This document shows, piece by piece, positions 36,995-47,803 of a stretch of 64,000 bases of DNA. The stretch spans positions 113-64,112 of the forward strand of contig JAWSVC010000014.1 in the NCBI GenBank assembly GCA_033852075.1, given 5' to 3'. Source of the stretch: Gammaproteobacteria bacterium. Its GTDB lineage: Bacteria; Pseudomonadota; Gammaproteobacteria; QZLD01. The translations under genes were made by a program, and so were the position numbers. Positions within the stretch are counted from its first letter, which is position 1, and each line of letters begins with the position of its first letter. Below the pieces are notes generated by a model that worked only from the letters and a program-made list of their open reading frames with translations, did no database searches and was not told the DNA's origin.

Positions 36995-39900
36995 ATGGAT
37001 GGATCTTTTGTGCTGAAACTTTATCAGAGCAATAAATTGGAAATTCTACTGGAATACCTGAATGACTCGCTGGCAACAGGTAGAACTAATCCTTTGATAC
37101 CTGAACGTATAATTGTTCAAAATAGTGGAGTAGGACAATGGGTTGCGCAGCAATTGGCCTCCAAAATCGGTATTTTTGCTAACTTTAGTTTTGAACTACC
37201 AACCAGTTTTGCCTGGGATATTATTCGCAAATTTATTGATGCCCCTTTACGCGCTGATTTAGAAAAGGATGAATTGGTTTGGCAGATATTTGCTCAAATT
37301 TATTCACAATCGCAGGATTTGGAAGAAGTGCAGGTCTATTTGGGGAATAAAACTAGCGCTGATTTTGATAACAAATTATTTAATCTTTCTTATCAGTTAG
37401 CTGATATTTACGATCAATATCAGGTTTATCGTCAGGACTGGGTTTTATGTTGGGATAAAAGAAATGGTTGGGATAAAGAAGGCAGTTGTGGAAAATGTGA
37501 GGTAGATAGTAACCACTGGCAGGTGCGTCTTTGGCAAAAAATATCTCAAACCGGATCAGAAAATCACCGTGCTGCTTTGATGAATGAATTTTTTGAATTG
37601 TTTCAAAGTGGAAACTTTAGTTCTGAACAAATAATTAAAAATCTTCCGCAAAGAATATCGATATTTGGCATTGATACCCTAGCTCCGATCTATCTGCAGT
37701 TTTTTGCAGTGTTATCTGAATACATAGATGTAACTATTTATAGCTTTAATGCATGTATGGAGTATTGGGGCGATATTGCCTCAGAAAAGCAACTTGCGAG
37801 CAGGCGCCTGCGGGGTGAAGCCTCAGATATGGTTGAATATATCGAAACAGGTAATAATCTACTTTCGTCTATGGGCAAGGTAGGTCGAGCTTATCATGAG
37901 CTATTGCTAAACCATGATATTCAGGAATTTGATTGCTTTGATAAGTTTGGTGTTGAGGAATTTGAAGGCACGTTCGGCCTTTTGCAAAATGTTCAGAATG
38001 ATATCCTGACATTGCAGAATGGTTCTGGGAATTGCGATGTTCCCGATGGATCAATTCAGGTACATGACTGCCATACTTCACTTAGAGAATTAGAGGTGTT
38101 GCATGATCAATTATTGAATATGTTTGATAATGATGATCAGCTGAAACCTAGCGATATTGTGGTTATGACTCCAGATATCAATAAGTACGCACCGTCTATT
38201 GAGGCAGTTTTTGGAAGCAAGTTATCAGTTGATAACCAATATGGGTCTGACCTGTATATCCCTTGGTCAATTGCAGATAGAACAACTGTTGTCGAAAGTC
38301 CCGTTATTCAAGCACTGTTACAGCTTGTAGGTATCTCCAAATCCAGAATGACTGCTAGTGAGGTAATTGAGGTTTTAAAGGTTCCCGCTGTTACTTCACG
38401 TTTTGGTTTAACAGAAAAAGATCTGAATAATATTTTGCAGTGGATTGATGCTAGCGGCATTCGTTGGGGGCTTGATTCTCATTTTCGTAAAAGATTTGGC
38501 TTGCCTGAAACTGAACTGAATAGCTGGCAGTTTGGGTTGGAACGGATGTTATTGGGATACGCTCTGGGTGGTGATTCTCAGATTTGTTTTGATAGATGTG
38601 GTTATGAGCAGATAGAGGGGAGTAATGCTGAGACTCTTGGAAGGTTAACGCAGTTTATTTATAAAATAGGATTATTTATAGATCAGTTTTCATCGAAGCA
38701 TAGTGCTTTGGATTGGCAACTTATCTTAAATAGTTTGGTGGATACTTTCTTTAATGAAGACGAAGAGAGTGAGGCCGTGTTACAGCAGGTAAGAAGCTAT
38801 ATTGATGATATGGTGAATATCTGTGAGAAGACCCCGCTGTTTGAGCAAGATGTTTTAGATATTGATGTTATTCAGGAATATCTTACCCAAGGATTAACTA
38901 ATCAGGTCAGCGGGGGGGCATTTATAGCAGGTAAGGTAACATTTTGTACTTTACAACCAATGCGTGCAATTCCATTCAAGGTGGTTTGCCTGCTTGGGAT
39001 GAATGATGGCGAGTTTCCTCGGCAGTCTAAACGTTCATCCTTAGATTTGATTGCTCATAACAGGCCAAGGTTGGGCGATAGAAACAGAAGGGATGATGAT
39101 AGATATCTGTTTTTGCAATCTTTGCTTTCGGCTAGAGATAAACTTTATATTAGCTATAGCGGTCGTAGTGTAATTGATAATTCATATAAGATGCCGTCAA
39201 CTTTGGTTTGTGAATTATTTGATTATTTTGAAAGATATTACTCGATAGAGCAAAAAGATCTGGTAACCATACATCCGTTACAGCCTTTCGATAAAGAATA
39301 CTTTGGCTCTGATTCAGGGAACAGTTTTCTTCAAAACTCAAGGCTGTTTAGCTATGCCAAACATTGGTTAAAAGCATCTGATTCTAAGGATATAAATCAA
39401 CAATTAGGTATTTTTATTGATCAGGATTTGCCGGATCCAGAAGAAGAGTTTCGAACTATTACTATTGATGATCTTCTACGATTCTTTAAAAATCCTGCAG
39501 CATTTTTATTAAAGAATAGATTGAGTATTAATCTAGATATCCCAGATATTCAATTGCACGACGATGAGCCATTCGCGCTTGGTTATCTTGAAAACTATAA
39601 TATCAGTGATCAACTTCTGCATGGATTTTTACACGGACAGGAACGGGATAATTTATATCTGCAAAGCAGTTTGTCCGGTGATTTGCCTTATGGTTACCTT
39701 GGTAAAAAGAATTTTAATGTTGTTGCCGATGGTATTGAAGAATTGGCAGAAAAGATCAAACCATTTATCGAATTACCTTTGCTGCGAGTTAGTGGTGAGA
39801 TTGAATTGCAGAATATTCATTTATCAGGAGTGATTGACGATCTATTTGATGAAGGATTGATTCTGTATAGAGCAGGGAAACTACGTCCGATCGATAGAAT

Positions 39901-40294
39901 TGAATTAAATATAAAGCACTTGTTTTTGCAGTTGGTTGCAAACTTTAATAAGCCCGCATATTTCTTTGCGGTTGACGATGAACTTATTCTTAATCCTGTT
40001 ACAGACCCAGTAGCTGAATTATCTAAAATTCTGAATTTTTATTGGCAAGGGTTGTATTCACCATTTCCATTTTTCGCTAATACCTCATTTGCATACGCGC
40101 AAACAGTTATTGAGAAGAATGATGCAGAAAAGGCAATGGAAGAGGCTCGCAAAGTCTGGAATGGTTATATGTTTTCCGGTGAGGCTCAGGAACCATATAA
40201 TTGGGTAATCTATAAAGGTTATTTTCCGGAACATGATAAGTTCGTAGATACTGCTGTTGATGTATTTGATCAGCGATTACTGGGGGAATGCTAA
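36995..40294 (+). CDS. recC: Exodeoxyribonuclease V gamma subunit RecC. The likely ATG is at 36995; the ORF tracker's TTG at 36950 is unlikely. A TATAAT hexamer lies at 36971-36976.
   Basis: Long collinear similarity to E. coli RecC: LYQSNKLEILLEYL (VYHSNRLDVLEALM), IPFKVVCLLGMNDGEFPRQ and RRDDDRYLFLQSLLSARDKLYISYSGRS. Confidence 0.9.
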   Translation: MDGSFVLKLYQSNKLEILLEYLNDSLATGRTNPLIPERIIVQNSGVGQWVAQQLASKIGIFANFSFELPTSFAWDIIRKFIDAPLRADLEKDELVWQIFAQIYSQSQDLEEVQVYLGNKTSADFDNKLFNLSYQLADIYDQYQVYRQDWVLCWDKRNGWDKEGSCGKCEVDSNHWQVRLWQKISQTGSENHRAALMNEFFELFQSGNFSSEQIIKNLPQRISIFGIDTLAPIYLQFFAVLSEYIDVTIYSFNACMEYWGDIASEKQLASRRLRGEASDMVEYIETGNNLLSSMGKVGRAYHELLLNHDIQEFDCFDKFGVEEFEGTFGLLQNVQNDILTLQNGSGNCDVPDGSIQVHDCHTSLRELEVLHDQLLNMFDNDDQLKPSDIVVMTPDINKYAPSIEAVFGSKLSVDNQYGSDLYIPWSIADRTTVVESPVIQALLQLVGISKSRMTASEVIEVLKVPAVTSRFGLTEKDLNNILQWIDASGIRWGLDSHFRKRFGLPETELNSWQFGLERMLLGYALGGDSQICFDRCGYEQIEGSNAETLGRLTQFIYKIGLFIDQFSSKHSALDWQLILNSLVDTFFNEDEESEAVLQQVRSYIDDMVNICEKTPLFEQDVLDIDVIQEYLTQGLTNQVSGGAFIAGKVTFCTLQPMRAIPFKVVCLLGMNDGEFPRQSKRSSLDLIAHNRPRLGDRNRRDDDRYLFLQSLLSARDKLYISYSGRSVIDNSYKMPSTLVCELFDYFERYYSIEQKDLVTIHPLQPFDKEYFGSDSGNSFLQNSRLFSYAKHWLKASDSKDINQQLGIFIDQDLPDPEEEFRTITIDDLLRFFKNPAAFLLKNRLSINLDIPDIQLHDDEPFALGYLENYNISDQLLHGFLHGQERDNLYLQSSLSGDLPYGYLGKKNFNVVADGIEELAEKIKPFIELPLLRVSGEIELQNIHLSGVIDDLFDEGLILYRAGKLRPIDRIELNIKHLFLQLVANFNKPAYFFAVDDELILNPVTDPVAELSKILNFYWQGLYSPFPFFANTSFAYAQTVIEKNDAEKAMEEARKVWNGYMFSGEAQEPYNWVIYKGYFPEHDKFVDTAVDVFDQRLLGEC

Positions 40295-43200
40295 TGAATC
40301 GACTTGATCTATTAACATTTCCTCTTACTGGTCGAAGCCTGATCGAAGCAAGTGCAGGGACAGGCAAGACCTATACCATAGCTGCATTATACCTGCGAGC
40401 AATAATTGAACATCAATACCAGCCGCAACAGATACTGGTGGTTACCTTTACTAAGGCCGCTACTCAGGAGTTAAGGGAGCGGATTAGAAGTTTGATTAAA
40501 GATGCGCTAAATTTTTTACGCTATCAAACTGATAAACAATATGATCCAGTTGTTCAGCAGATACTTGAAAAATATCCTAAAGATAATTGGGATGAAATTA
40601 AGCAACACCTTAATGATTGTTTGGTAACGATGGACGAATCAGCGATTTTTACCATTCATGGTTTTGTGCATAGGGTTTTATCAGAAAGTGCTTTTGAAAC
40701 CGGTAATGTTTTCGAGATGCAATTAGTTGATAGTGATGATGATCTTTTGGAAATAGCCTGTAATGATTTTTGGCGTCTTTGTATTACCCGAATGGGAAGT
40801 ACCGAATTAGAGATACTTGATGCAGTGTTTTCCAGTCCGTATTGGATAAAAAAAGATCTAAGGCAGCTTTTGCGTAGTAAAGATATAAAGTTAATTCCTA
40901 ATCAGGAATCATCACAAATCACAACTGATGACTATATCCATATCTATAAGCAAGCCAAGGATTTATGGCTTGATAGTTATGAAGAGATAATTTCCCTGAT
41001 ATTAGAAGCAACCGAGAAAAAATACCTGCACGGAGGAAGCTATAAAGAGTATCTGATTAATAATGCAATTGAACTAATAAACGGGTTTTTTGTTGCATCC
41101 GGCGTTAATATCAATGTGTCTGATAAAACCAAATATTTTTGTCAGAATCATATTGTTTCAAAAAAGAAGAAGGGGCTTGATGATAAAATTCCTTATCACC
41201 GTTTTTTTGAATTATGGGAACAGATTTTTGAGACATCCAAGCCGCTTTCGATCCAGTTCAAATTAAAGGTATTGAAAGATGCTGTTGCCTACTGCGGTAA
41301 TAGATTGATGCAGCTGAAACTGCGTAATAAGGTGATGGCGCATGATGATGTTTTGGACTTATTAGACCAGGCCTTGCAGAGTCAGTTTGGCAGTAAATTA
41401 TCTGCGTCAATTCGCCAAAAGTATCCTTTGGCTATGATAGATGAATTTCAGGATACAGATAATATTCAGTATCAGATTTTCTCTATGATCTATCCCGATA
41501 ATTCCAACCTGATAATGATTGGTGATCCCAAACAGGCTATATATAGCTTTAGGGGAGGAGATATCTTTACCTATCTTCAGGCGCAACAGGAAACCAATGC
41601 AACTAATAGATTTACGCTTGATACTAATTGGCGTTCTACATCTGGCCTAATTAAGGCGGTTAATAGTATTTTTTCCAATAAAGAAGAACCTTTTATCTAT
41701 TCGGGGATAGAGTTTGTAGATGTTAAGGCCAGCGGCAAACATGATGATTTTCAATTTGCTATTAATAGCAAGGTAGTAGAGCCATTAACAATCTGGCATA
41801 TCCCGGTTACTGAAGAAAACCAGGGGTACAGTCCCAAAGGCTATATCAAAAAGGATATTGCTAAGGAACTGGTGGCGTACTCAACAGCCGGAGAGGTCGT
41901 TAGACTACTTGAACCGAAAACTAAGGCAATGGTTGATGGAAGGTTGGTAAACCCGACAGATATTACTGTATTGGTACGTAACGCTAAACAGGCATATCTT
42001 ATTATTGAAGCCTTGCGATCCAGAGGAATCTCCTGTGCTTATCAGGGGAATGATAGCGTATTTGCAGCCAATCAGGCGCTGGAACTTAATACAATTTTGC
42101 ATGCATTAGCCTTTCCAGAGAACGAATCCTATCTATTATCATCACTAGCAACTGGATTGATTGGTAAGACATCATCGCAGATTCTGTTAATGCAGCAGGA
42201 TGAGAAGGGGTGGGATGAACTATCAAGGCAAGTTATTAGGTTGCACCAGCAATGGCACAAAGGACATTTTATCCAGACCATTTATCAGTTCTTACACTTG
42301 ATGGATATTCCTGCAAATTGTTTGCAGCAAGAAAATGGTGAACGGGCATTAACTAATCTTCTGCATCTTATTGAACTATTACAACAGGCGACAAAAACTA
42401 CGCATGGAATTAATGGGTTATTAGCTTGGTATAAGCAGCAACTTGGTGATGAAACTGTCGTTGAAGAAAAACAGTTACGCCTGGAAAGTGATAGTGATCT
42501 GATTAATGTAGTAACTATCCATAAAAGTAAGGGATTGGAATATTCAATTGTGTTTGCACCATTTTTATGGGATGTATCGCCTAATAGAAGTAGTACAGCA
42601 AAGTTTCATGATATCGATACTGATGGTATAGCAACTACCGTTATCGATTTTGGATCTGATGAGTTGAAAGAGCATAAGGAGTTGGCAACAAAAGAAGAAT
42701 TATCTGAAGAGATCAGGTTGATGTATGTGGCTCTAACCAGAGCTAAACACAAGTGCTATATAAGTTGGGGTAAAATTGCTTATATAGAAAAGTCGCCTAT
42801 AGGATTCTTGTTAGATCGTGATTCTGAAATTAAAAACTTGGATGATGATCAAATCTGTGAAAATTTATCACGGCTTGTTGCTAAAAGTGATAATACAATC
42901 GAGTTAATTAAGTTGCCAGAATATAGCGAAAGAGTTAAACAACGTGCAGATGTTGAAGTTAAGCTAAGTGCCATGGAATTTACGGGGGGAATCGAAGATT
43001 ATTATCGGATATCAAGTTTTACCTCGTTATCATCAACAGTAGAGCATAATCACGATGTTGGTGTTTATGGGAGTGAATCATCACAAATTCAATATCAGGA
43101 ACTGGCACGAGAACTGGTAGAAGAACACAAGGAAATTTCGGGGGAACAACTAACGATTTTTGATTTTCCCAAAGGTGCCAGGGCGGGGGTATTTTTTCAT

Positions 43201-43848
43201 CATATTTTGGAAAATATCGATTTTCAAGATGCTGATTCCGAGCACTCTGATCAACTAATAGAAAAATCGCTGCGTAAGTTTGGCTTTGATCAACAATGGT
43301 ATGAAATTGTAAAGAATAATATCCTTGCAGTAATTGATTGTAGCCTTGGTGATTCAAATGTTAGCTTGTCCAAAATTGCAGGTACCAATAGAGTAAATGA
43401 GATGGAATTCATGCTAAGTCATGGAAGGGTCTCAAATAGCCAGATTAATTTTATTCTGAATAAATATGAAAAATATAATCGTATAGATAGACCTCTTGAA
43501 TTTGGTCAAATTGAGGGTTTATTGAAAGGGTTTATCGATCTGACTTTTGAATATCAAGGTAAATACTACATAGTTGACTATAAAACTAATTATCTGGGGA
43601 ATGACTATTCTTTTTATAACGTCGAAGGTTTGCAGGAATCTATAATTGATCATGATTATGATTTGCAATACATAATCTATAGCGCAGCTTTGCATCGTTA
43701 TCTTACTGAAATTCTTCCTGAATATACGTATAAAGATAATTTTGGCGGTGTTTATTATTTGTATTTGCGTGGAATTAGCGAATATGGGGAAGGCGGTGTT
43801 TATTATGACAAACCACCGCAGAAGCTGCTTGAAGAGATATTTATATAA
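40288..43848 (+). CDS. recB: Exodeoxyribonuclease V beta subunit RecB (1186 aa).
   Basis: LIEASAGTGKTYTIAALYLR Walker A. UvrD-helicase motifs (DEFQDTD, GDPKQAIYSFRGGDIF, TIHKSKGLEY). Nuclease domain GFIDLTFEYQGKYYIVDYKTN. Overlaps the recC stop. Confidence 0.9.
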   Translation: MLMNRLDLLTFPLTGRSLIEASAGTGKTYTIAALYLRAIIEHQYQPQQILVVTFTKAATQELRERIRSLIKDALNFLRYQTDKQYDPVVQQILEKYPKDNWDEIKQHLNDCLVTMDESAIFTIHGFVHRVLSESAFETGNVFEMQLVDSDDDLLEIACNDFWRLCITRMGSTELEILDAVFSSPYWIKKDLRQLLRSKDIKLIPNQESSQITTDDYIHIYKQAKDLWLDSYEEIISLILEATEKKYLHGGSYKEYLINNAIELINGFFVASGVNINVSDKTKYFCQNHIVSKKKKGLDDKIPYHRFFELWEQIFETSKPLSIQFKLKVLKDAVAYCGNRLMQLKLRNKVMAHDDVLDLLDQALQSQFGSKLSASIRQKYPLAMIDEFQDTDNIQYQIFSMIYPDNSNLIMIGDPKQAIYSFRGGDIFTYLQAQQETNATNRFTLDTNWRSTSGLIKAVNSIFSNKEEPFIYSGIEFVDVKASGKHDDFQFAINSKVVEPLTIWHIPVTEENQGYSPKGYIKKDIAKELVAYSTAGEVVRLLEPKTKAMVDGRLVNPTDITVLVRNAKQAYLIIEALRSRGISCAYQGNDSVFAANQALELNTILHALAFPENESYLLSSLATGLIGKTSSQILLMQQDEKGWDELSRQVIRLHQQWHKGHFIQTIYQFLHLMDIPANCLQQENGERALTNLLHLIELLQQATKTTHGINGLLAWYKQQLGDETVVEEKQLRLESDSDLINVVTIHKSKGLEYSIVFAPFLWDVSPNRSSTAKFHDIDTDGIATTVIDFGSDELKEHKELATKEELSEEIRLMYVALTRAKHKCYISWGKIAYIEKSPIGFLLDRDSEIKNLDDDQICENLSRLVAKSDNTIELIKLPEYSERVKQRADVEVKLSAMEFTGGIEDYYRISSFTSLSSTVEHNHDVGVYGSESSQIQYQELARELVEEHKEISGEQLTIFDFPKGARAGVFFHHILENIDFQDADSEHSDQLIEKSLRKFGFDQQWYEIVKNNILAVIDCSLGDSNVSLSKIAGTNRVNEMEFMLSHGRVSNSQINFILNKYEKYNRIDRPLEFGQIEGLLKGFIDLTFEYQGKYYIVDYKTNYLGNDYSFYNVEGLQESIIDHDYDLQYIIYSAALHRYLTEILPEYTYKDNFGGVYYLYLRGISEYGEGGVYYDKPPQKLLEEIFI

Positions 43849-44117
43849 TTAAATATATTTGAATTGCCTAGATTTCTTCGAGAAATATAAATTTTAGAAA
43901 AAAGCTAATGGTTCAAAGCATTTATATTGGTATTGTGATAACTTTTAAAGTCTGGACTATAATTAAGTTATATTACTTTGCCTATAAGTAAGGTATATGG
44001 GTCTGTTTGTTTAAAGATTGATGTTTGGTTTTATAAAAAGCGCATTAAACAGTGGGTGAAAGCTGTTAATGGTGTACATAGATATACGCTTTTAGGAATT
44101 TTTGATTTTTAATAGAC

Positions 44118-47100
44118 ATGAATGAAAAAAGAACCATAAAAAAAGATATCTCTAGACTATTTATTATTATTGCAATTTCGATTTCAGTAACTGCATCCTT
44201 ATTTACTATAACATCAGTTAAAAGAATGGTTGAAAGCCATATTAGTGAAAATCTTTTAGCAGTCGCTCAATTAAAGATGGATGCTATAGAGACAAGGTTT
44301 AAGCACGGAATATCCTTGGCAGATCAAATATCATTAGATATTGATGTGCGTAATAATTTTATGGATGCGGTTGTAAGAGATGGAAATTCTGAGCAAATCA
44401 CTAAGTCAAAGCAACAACTAAGAACCATATTAGAAGAGAAGCTTGGGGTATCAACAGATATAATTTGGGCAGACCTATATGATGTAAATTATAAATTGGT
44501 TGCCAAAATCGGGAATGAAAATGTAATTGATAGTGAGTCAGTGTATAAACATGATGACGATATAAACAGTATTAGAGAGTCAAGAATTGGTGACTTTTAT
44601 GCTATTGGTGAAGATATTTATCACAACATTATCATGCCAATTTTTCATCCGCTTAGAACATATGACGTAATCGGTTATATGGTAATTAGTCATCATTGCC
44701 CATACCAGTTTAATAATTTTAATAATTTTAATAAATTTACAATGTTTGGCAAAACCGGTGAATTTATTGTTGCCCAAAAACAAAATAATGAAATAGTTAT
44801 AATTAGCAAATTAAGGCATAAACAAAGCTTACCTTTAACCGAAAAATATTCTTTGGGTTCAGACTTGCAAAATATACTTGCAAGCGCATTTTCTGGAGTT
44901 GGTGGGCATATTAGAGGTTTGGATTATAGAGGAAAAGAGGTGGTTTCCTCTTATCTGTATTTGGAAAATGAAAAAATTGCTGTAATTGCAAAGATTGATA
45001 GTGACGAGGTTTTTGAAGATGTTGAATGGCTGTGTGCCGGATTATTTCTGATTCTATTAGCAGCAGTAATAATAACCTATTTTTTCGTATCTAAAAAACT
45101 TGAGCGGGCATTAGAGCCAGTAGCAGAGCTTGAACATGGAGCAAGAATATTTGCGCAAGGGGATCTTGGTTACCGTATTCCAATTATTGGTAGTAACGAG
45201 CTTAGTCGCTTAACCAGGATTTTTAACGGCATGGCTGAGAAGCTAGAAAAAGTTACAGCATCTAAAGAAGAATTAAATAATCAGATCGAAAAACAGCGAG
45301 AAGTTGAACGGCAACTGTATGAAGAAAGAGCAAAACTAGAGGCAATATTTGAATCAAATAACGATAGTATTGTGGTATGGGATAAAGATTATTACCACAT
45401 ATATGTAAATCGTGCAGCAGCTAAGAAAATTAGTAGAACTAAACGCAGAATTATTGGGAAAAACGTTAAAGAAGTGTTTGCAGATCGTCCTGATATTGCA
45501 GAGTTCTGGATGAGTAAAGTTAAACAAGTGTTCACTGATGGTGAGCCTTTGGAATCAAGTCAAGAATTTAATCTTTACGGTAAACACTTTTATGCTGAAT
45601 TTACGATATCTCCAATTGTAAGTGAAGGTGATGAAATTATTGCCGTAGGCATGATCCTTCGAGATATAACCAAACGTAAACTTGCTGAGGATTCCGCTAG
45701 AGAATCAAGACAAATGTTACATAATGTTATTAATAGTATCCCGGTAAGTGTTTTTTGGAAAGATGTTGATAGTAGATTCCTTGGTGCAAATATGAACTTA
45801 GCTAAAATGCTAGGATTTAATTCACCTGAAGAATTAATAGGTAAAACTGATTTTGATATAAATAGTAAGGAGTTTGCAGAAGATTATAGAAAAGATGATC
45901 TAGAGGTTATGGAGAGTAAACAGCCAAAGCTTAATTATGAGGAAAACTTTATTGATGAGAATGGAAATAAAATAGTTATTAATACTTCTAAGGTTCCATT
46001 GTTACGCAATGATGGCACAGTATATAGTGTCCTTGGGTGTTTTGTAGATGTTACCGAACGTTTTAATTTTATTGAAAGGCTCAAAGAAGCACAACGTGAA
46101 GCTGATCTTGCTAATAAATCTAAAAGTGACTTTTTGGCCTCTATGAGCCATGAGATTCGTACCCCAATAAATGCCATAATTGGAATGGCAGATGTTCTGG
46201 AACAAAGTGGCATTAACTCTAGTCAAAGCGAATATATCAAAATATTAAAGGCTGCCGGTGAAAACTTATCCCATCTTGTTAATAATATTCTGGATTATAC
46301 CAAGATAGAAACGGGTGATATTGAGTTACATGACGAAGAATTTTCTTTAGGGGATGCATTAAATGATTCAGTAAATCTAATTATGTTGAAGACACATGAA
46401 AAGAATATTTATCTGAATATGAATGTTGATGCAGAGGTACAGTTACGATTATACGGTGATCTAGGTAAATTAAGACAGATATTATTAAATTTATTGAATA
46501 ATGCAGCAAAATTTACCAATAGTGGCGGTATAGATCTAAATGTATCTGAATGGCAGCATGCAACGCCAGGTAAATATATGCTCCTTTTCGAGATAGTTGA
46601 TACGGGATCTGGAATACCTGCCGCTAAGATAGAAACCATTTTTGAAAGATTCATCAGGCTTGATGATTCTGATTCTCAAGGCGGTGCGGGATTAGGTTTG
46701 TCTATATGCAAAGAATTAGTGTCGGCACTTGGTGGTGAAATATGGGTGGAAAGCGAAGAAGGTAAAGGTAGTAAATTTAGCTTTACTGCGTCGTTTAAAC
46801 CGCTGGATATGATGAAGATGGTAAAACATCAAAATTCTGGAAAACTCTCATTAAGAGGTACGGTTGCTAATGTATGTTGTAATAGTCTGGATTTATCTGA
46901 GCAAATGATAAAGACATTAGAAGAGTGGAAGATTAGGGTTAAGCATACAACAGAGCCAACAGAAAAATGCATTGCTGAAAAATCTGATTTTATAATTTTA
47001 ATGCCAGATGAAAAAATGCTGGATGCCATGGTTGAGAGGTATAAAAAAGAGGATCTGGAAAAAGTTGCGGATAAGGTAATAATTATTCCGCAAAATCCGG

Positions 47101-47645
47101 ATGTATTAGAGTCTGAAAAATTGAATAAGCTGGGTTTAAAAATATATTTGAATCAGCCTATAGTTAGAAAAGAACTGTATGACCAATTGGATCGAATCCA
47201 TAAACAGCGCGATAAAAATTCAGGATCTCCTGTATCATCTGATGGTAAATTCAAATGGTATGATCCTGCCAGGGTTCGTGTATTGATTGCAGATGATGAT
47301 CCGATAACAAAAAAAGTTATGCGCCTGGCATTTGAAAATCTTGGTTATTGTATTGATATTGCCAGTAATGGTAACGAAGTATTGGAATTTATGAAAAAAG
47401 ATTTCTATGACATCGTATTTATGGATACCGATATGCCGGAGATGGATGGTAATGAAACAACCAGACAAATAAGAGAACTGGAAAAAGATAGCGAAACAAG
47501 GGTTCCTATTGTCGCAGTTACCGCTAAGGTGTTTGATGAAGATCGTAAAAAGGCATTTGATTCAGGAATTGATTGGTTTTTGTCTAAACCGATAATTGTA
47601 GAGCAGATGGTGGAGGCTATAAATAAGCTGGTCAAATTGAATTAA
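44118..47645 (+). CDS. Hybrid sensor histidine kinase (1175 aa). Domain order: TM, periplasmic Cache-like domain, TM, HAMP, two PAS domains, HisKA, HATPase, a degenerate middle region, and a C-terminal receiver.
   Basis: H-box FLASMSHEIRTPINAI. G-boxes VDTGSGIP...GGAGLGLSI. REC domain VLIADDDP...DIVFMDTDMPEMDG...SKP. The coding sequence contains a 9-bp tandem repeat (FNNFNNFNKF). Confidence 0.8.
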   Translation: MNEKRTIKKDISRLFIIIAISISVTASLFTITSVKRMVESHISENLLAVAQLKMDAIETRFKHGISLADQISLDIDVRNNFMDAVVRDGNSEQITKSKQQLRTILEEKLGVSTDIIWADLYDVNYKLVAKIGNENVIDSESVYKHDDDINSIRESRIGDFYAIGEDIYHNIIMPIFHPLRTYDVIGYMVISHHCPYQFNNFNNFNKFTMFGKTGEFIVAQKQNNEIVIISKLRHKQSLPLTEKYSLGSDLQNILASAFSGVGGHIRGLDYRGKEVVSSYLYLENEKIAVIAKIDSDEVFEDVEWLCAGLFLILLAAVIITYFFVSKKLERALEPVAELEHGARIFAQGDLGYRIPIIGSNELSRLTRIFNGMAEKLEKVTASKEELNNQIEKQREVERQLYEERAKLEAIFESNNDSIVVWDKDYYHIYVNRAAAKKISRTKRRIIGKNVKEVFADRPDIAEFWMSKVKQVFTDGEPLESSQEFNLYGKHFYAEFTISPIVSEGDEIIAVGMILRDITKRKLAEDSARESRQMLHNVINSIPVSVFWKDVDSRFLGANMNLAKMLGFNSPEELIGKTDFDINSKEFAEDYRKDDLEVMESKQPKLNYEENFIDENGNKIVINTSKVPLLRNDGTVYSVLGCFVDVTERFNFIERLKEAQREADLANKSKSDFLASMSHEIRTPINAIIGMADVLEQSGINSSQSEYIKILKAAGENLSHLVNNILDYTKIETGDIELHDEEFSLGDALNDSVNLIMLKTHEKNIYLNMNVDAEVQLRLYGDLGKLRQILLNLLNNAAKFTNSGGIDLNVSEWQHATPGKYMLLFEIVDTGSGIPAAKIETIFERFIRLDDSDSQGGAGLGLSICKELVSALGGEIWVESEEGKGSKFSFTASFKPLDMMKMVKHQNSGKLSLRGTVANVCCNSLDLSEQMIKTLEEWKIRVKHTTEPTEKCIAEKSDFIILMPDEKMLDAMVERYKKEDLEKVADKVIIIPQNPDVLESEKLNKLGLKIYLNQPIVRKELYDQLDRIHKQRDKNSGSPVSSDGKFKWYDPARVRVLIADDDPITKKVMRLAFENLGYCIDIASNGNEVLEFMKKDFYDIVFMDTDMPEMDGNETTRQIRELEKDSETRVPIVAVTAKVFDEDRKKAFDSGIDWFLSKPIIVEQMVEAINKLVKLN

Positions 47646-47679
47646 ATTCTGGCTTATTTTTCCTAATACTGCGTTATAA

Positions 47680-47747
47680 CTGCAGGCTTTTTTCATCACA
47701 TATTATTTATATGCATCCTCAAAAAGGCTTCGCTATGCCTTGTCTTA
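47680..47747. repeat. Copy A of an approximately 68-bp intergenic repeat element. Copy B is at 51274-51340 at about 85% identity. Each copy ends in a small hairpin (CAAGGC-N8-GCCTTG type).
   Basis: Direct alignment of caggcttttttcatcacatattatttatatgcatcctcaaaaaggcttcgctatgccttgtctta with caggcttttttcgtcacatattttatatatgcttcctcgcaaggcttcgatatgccttgtcttta. Confidence 0.65.
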
Positions 47748-47803
47748 GAAAAAATATTCCCAGAATTAACTATGCGCATGAATAAAAATGAAATTCCACA
47801 AAT

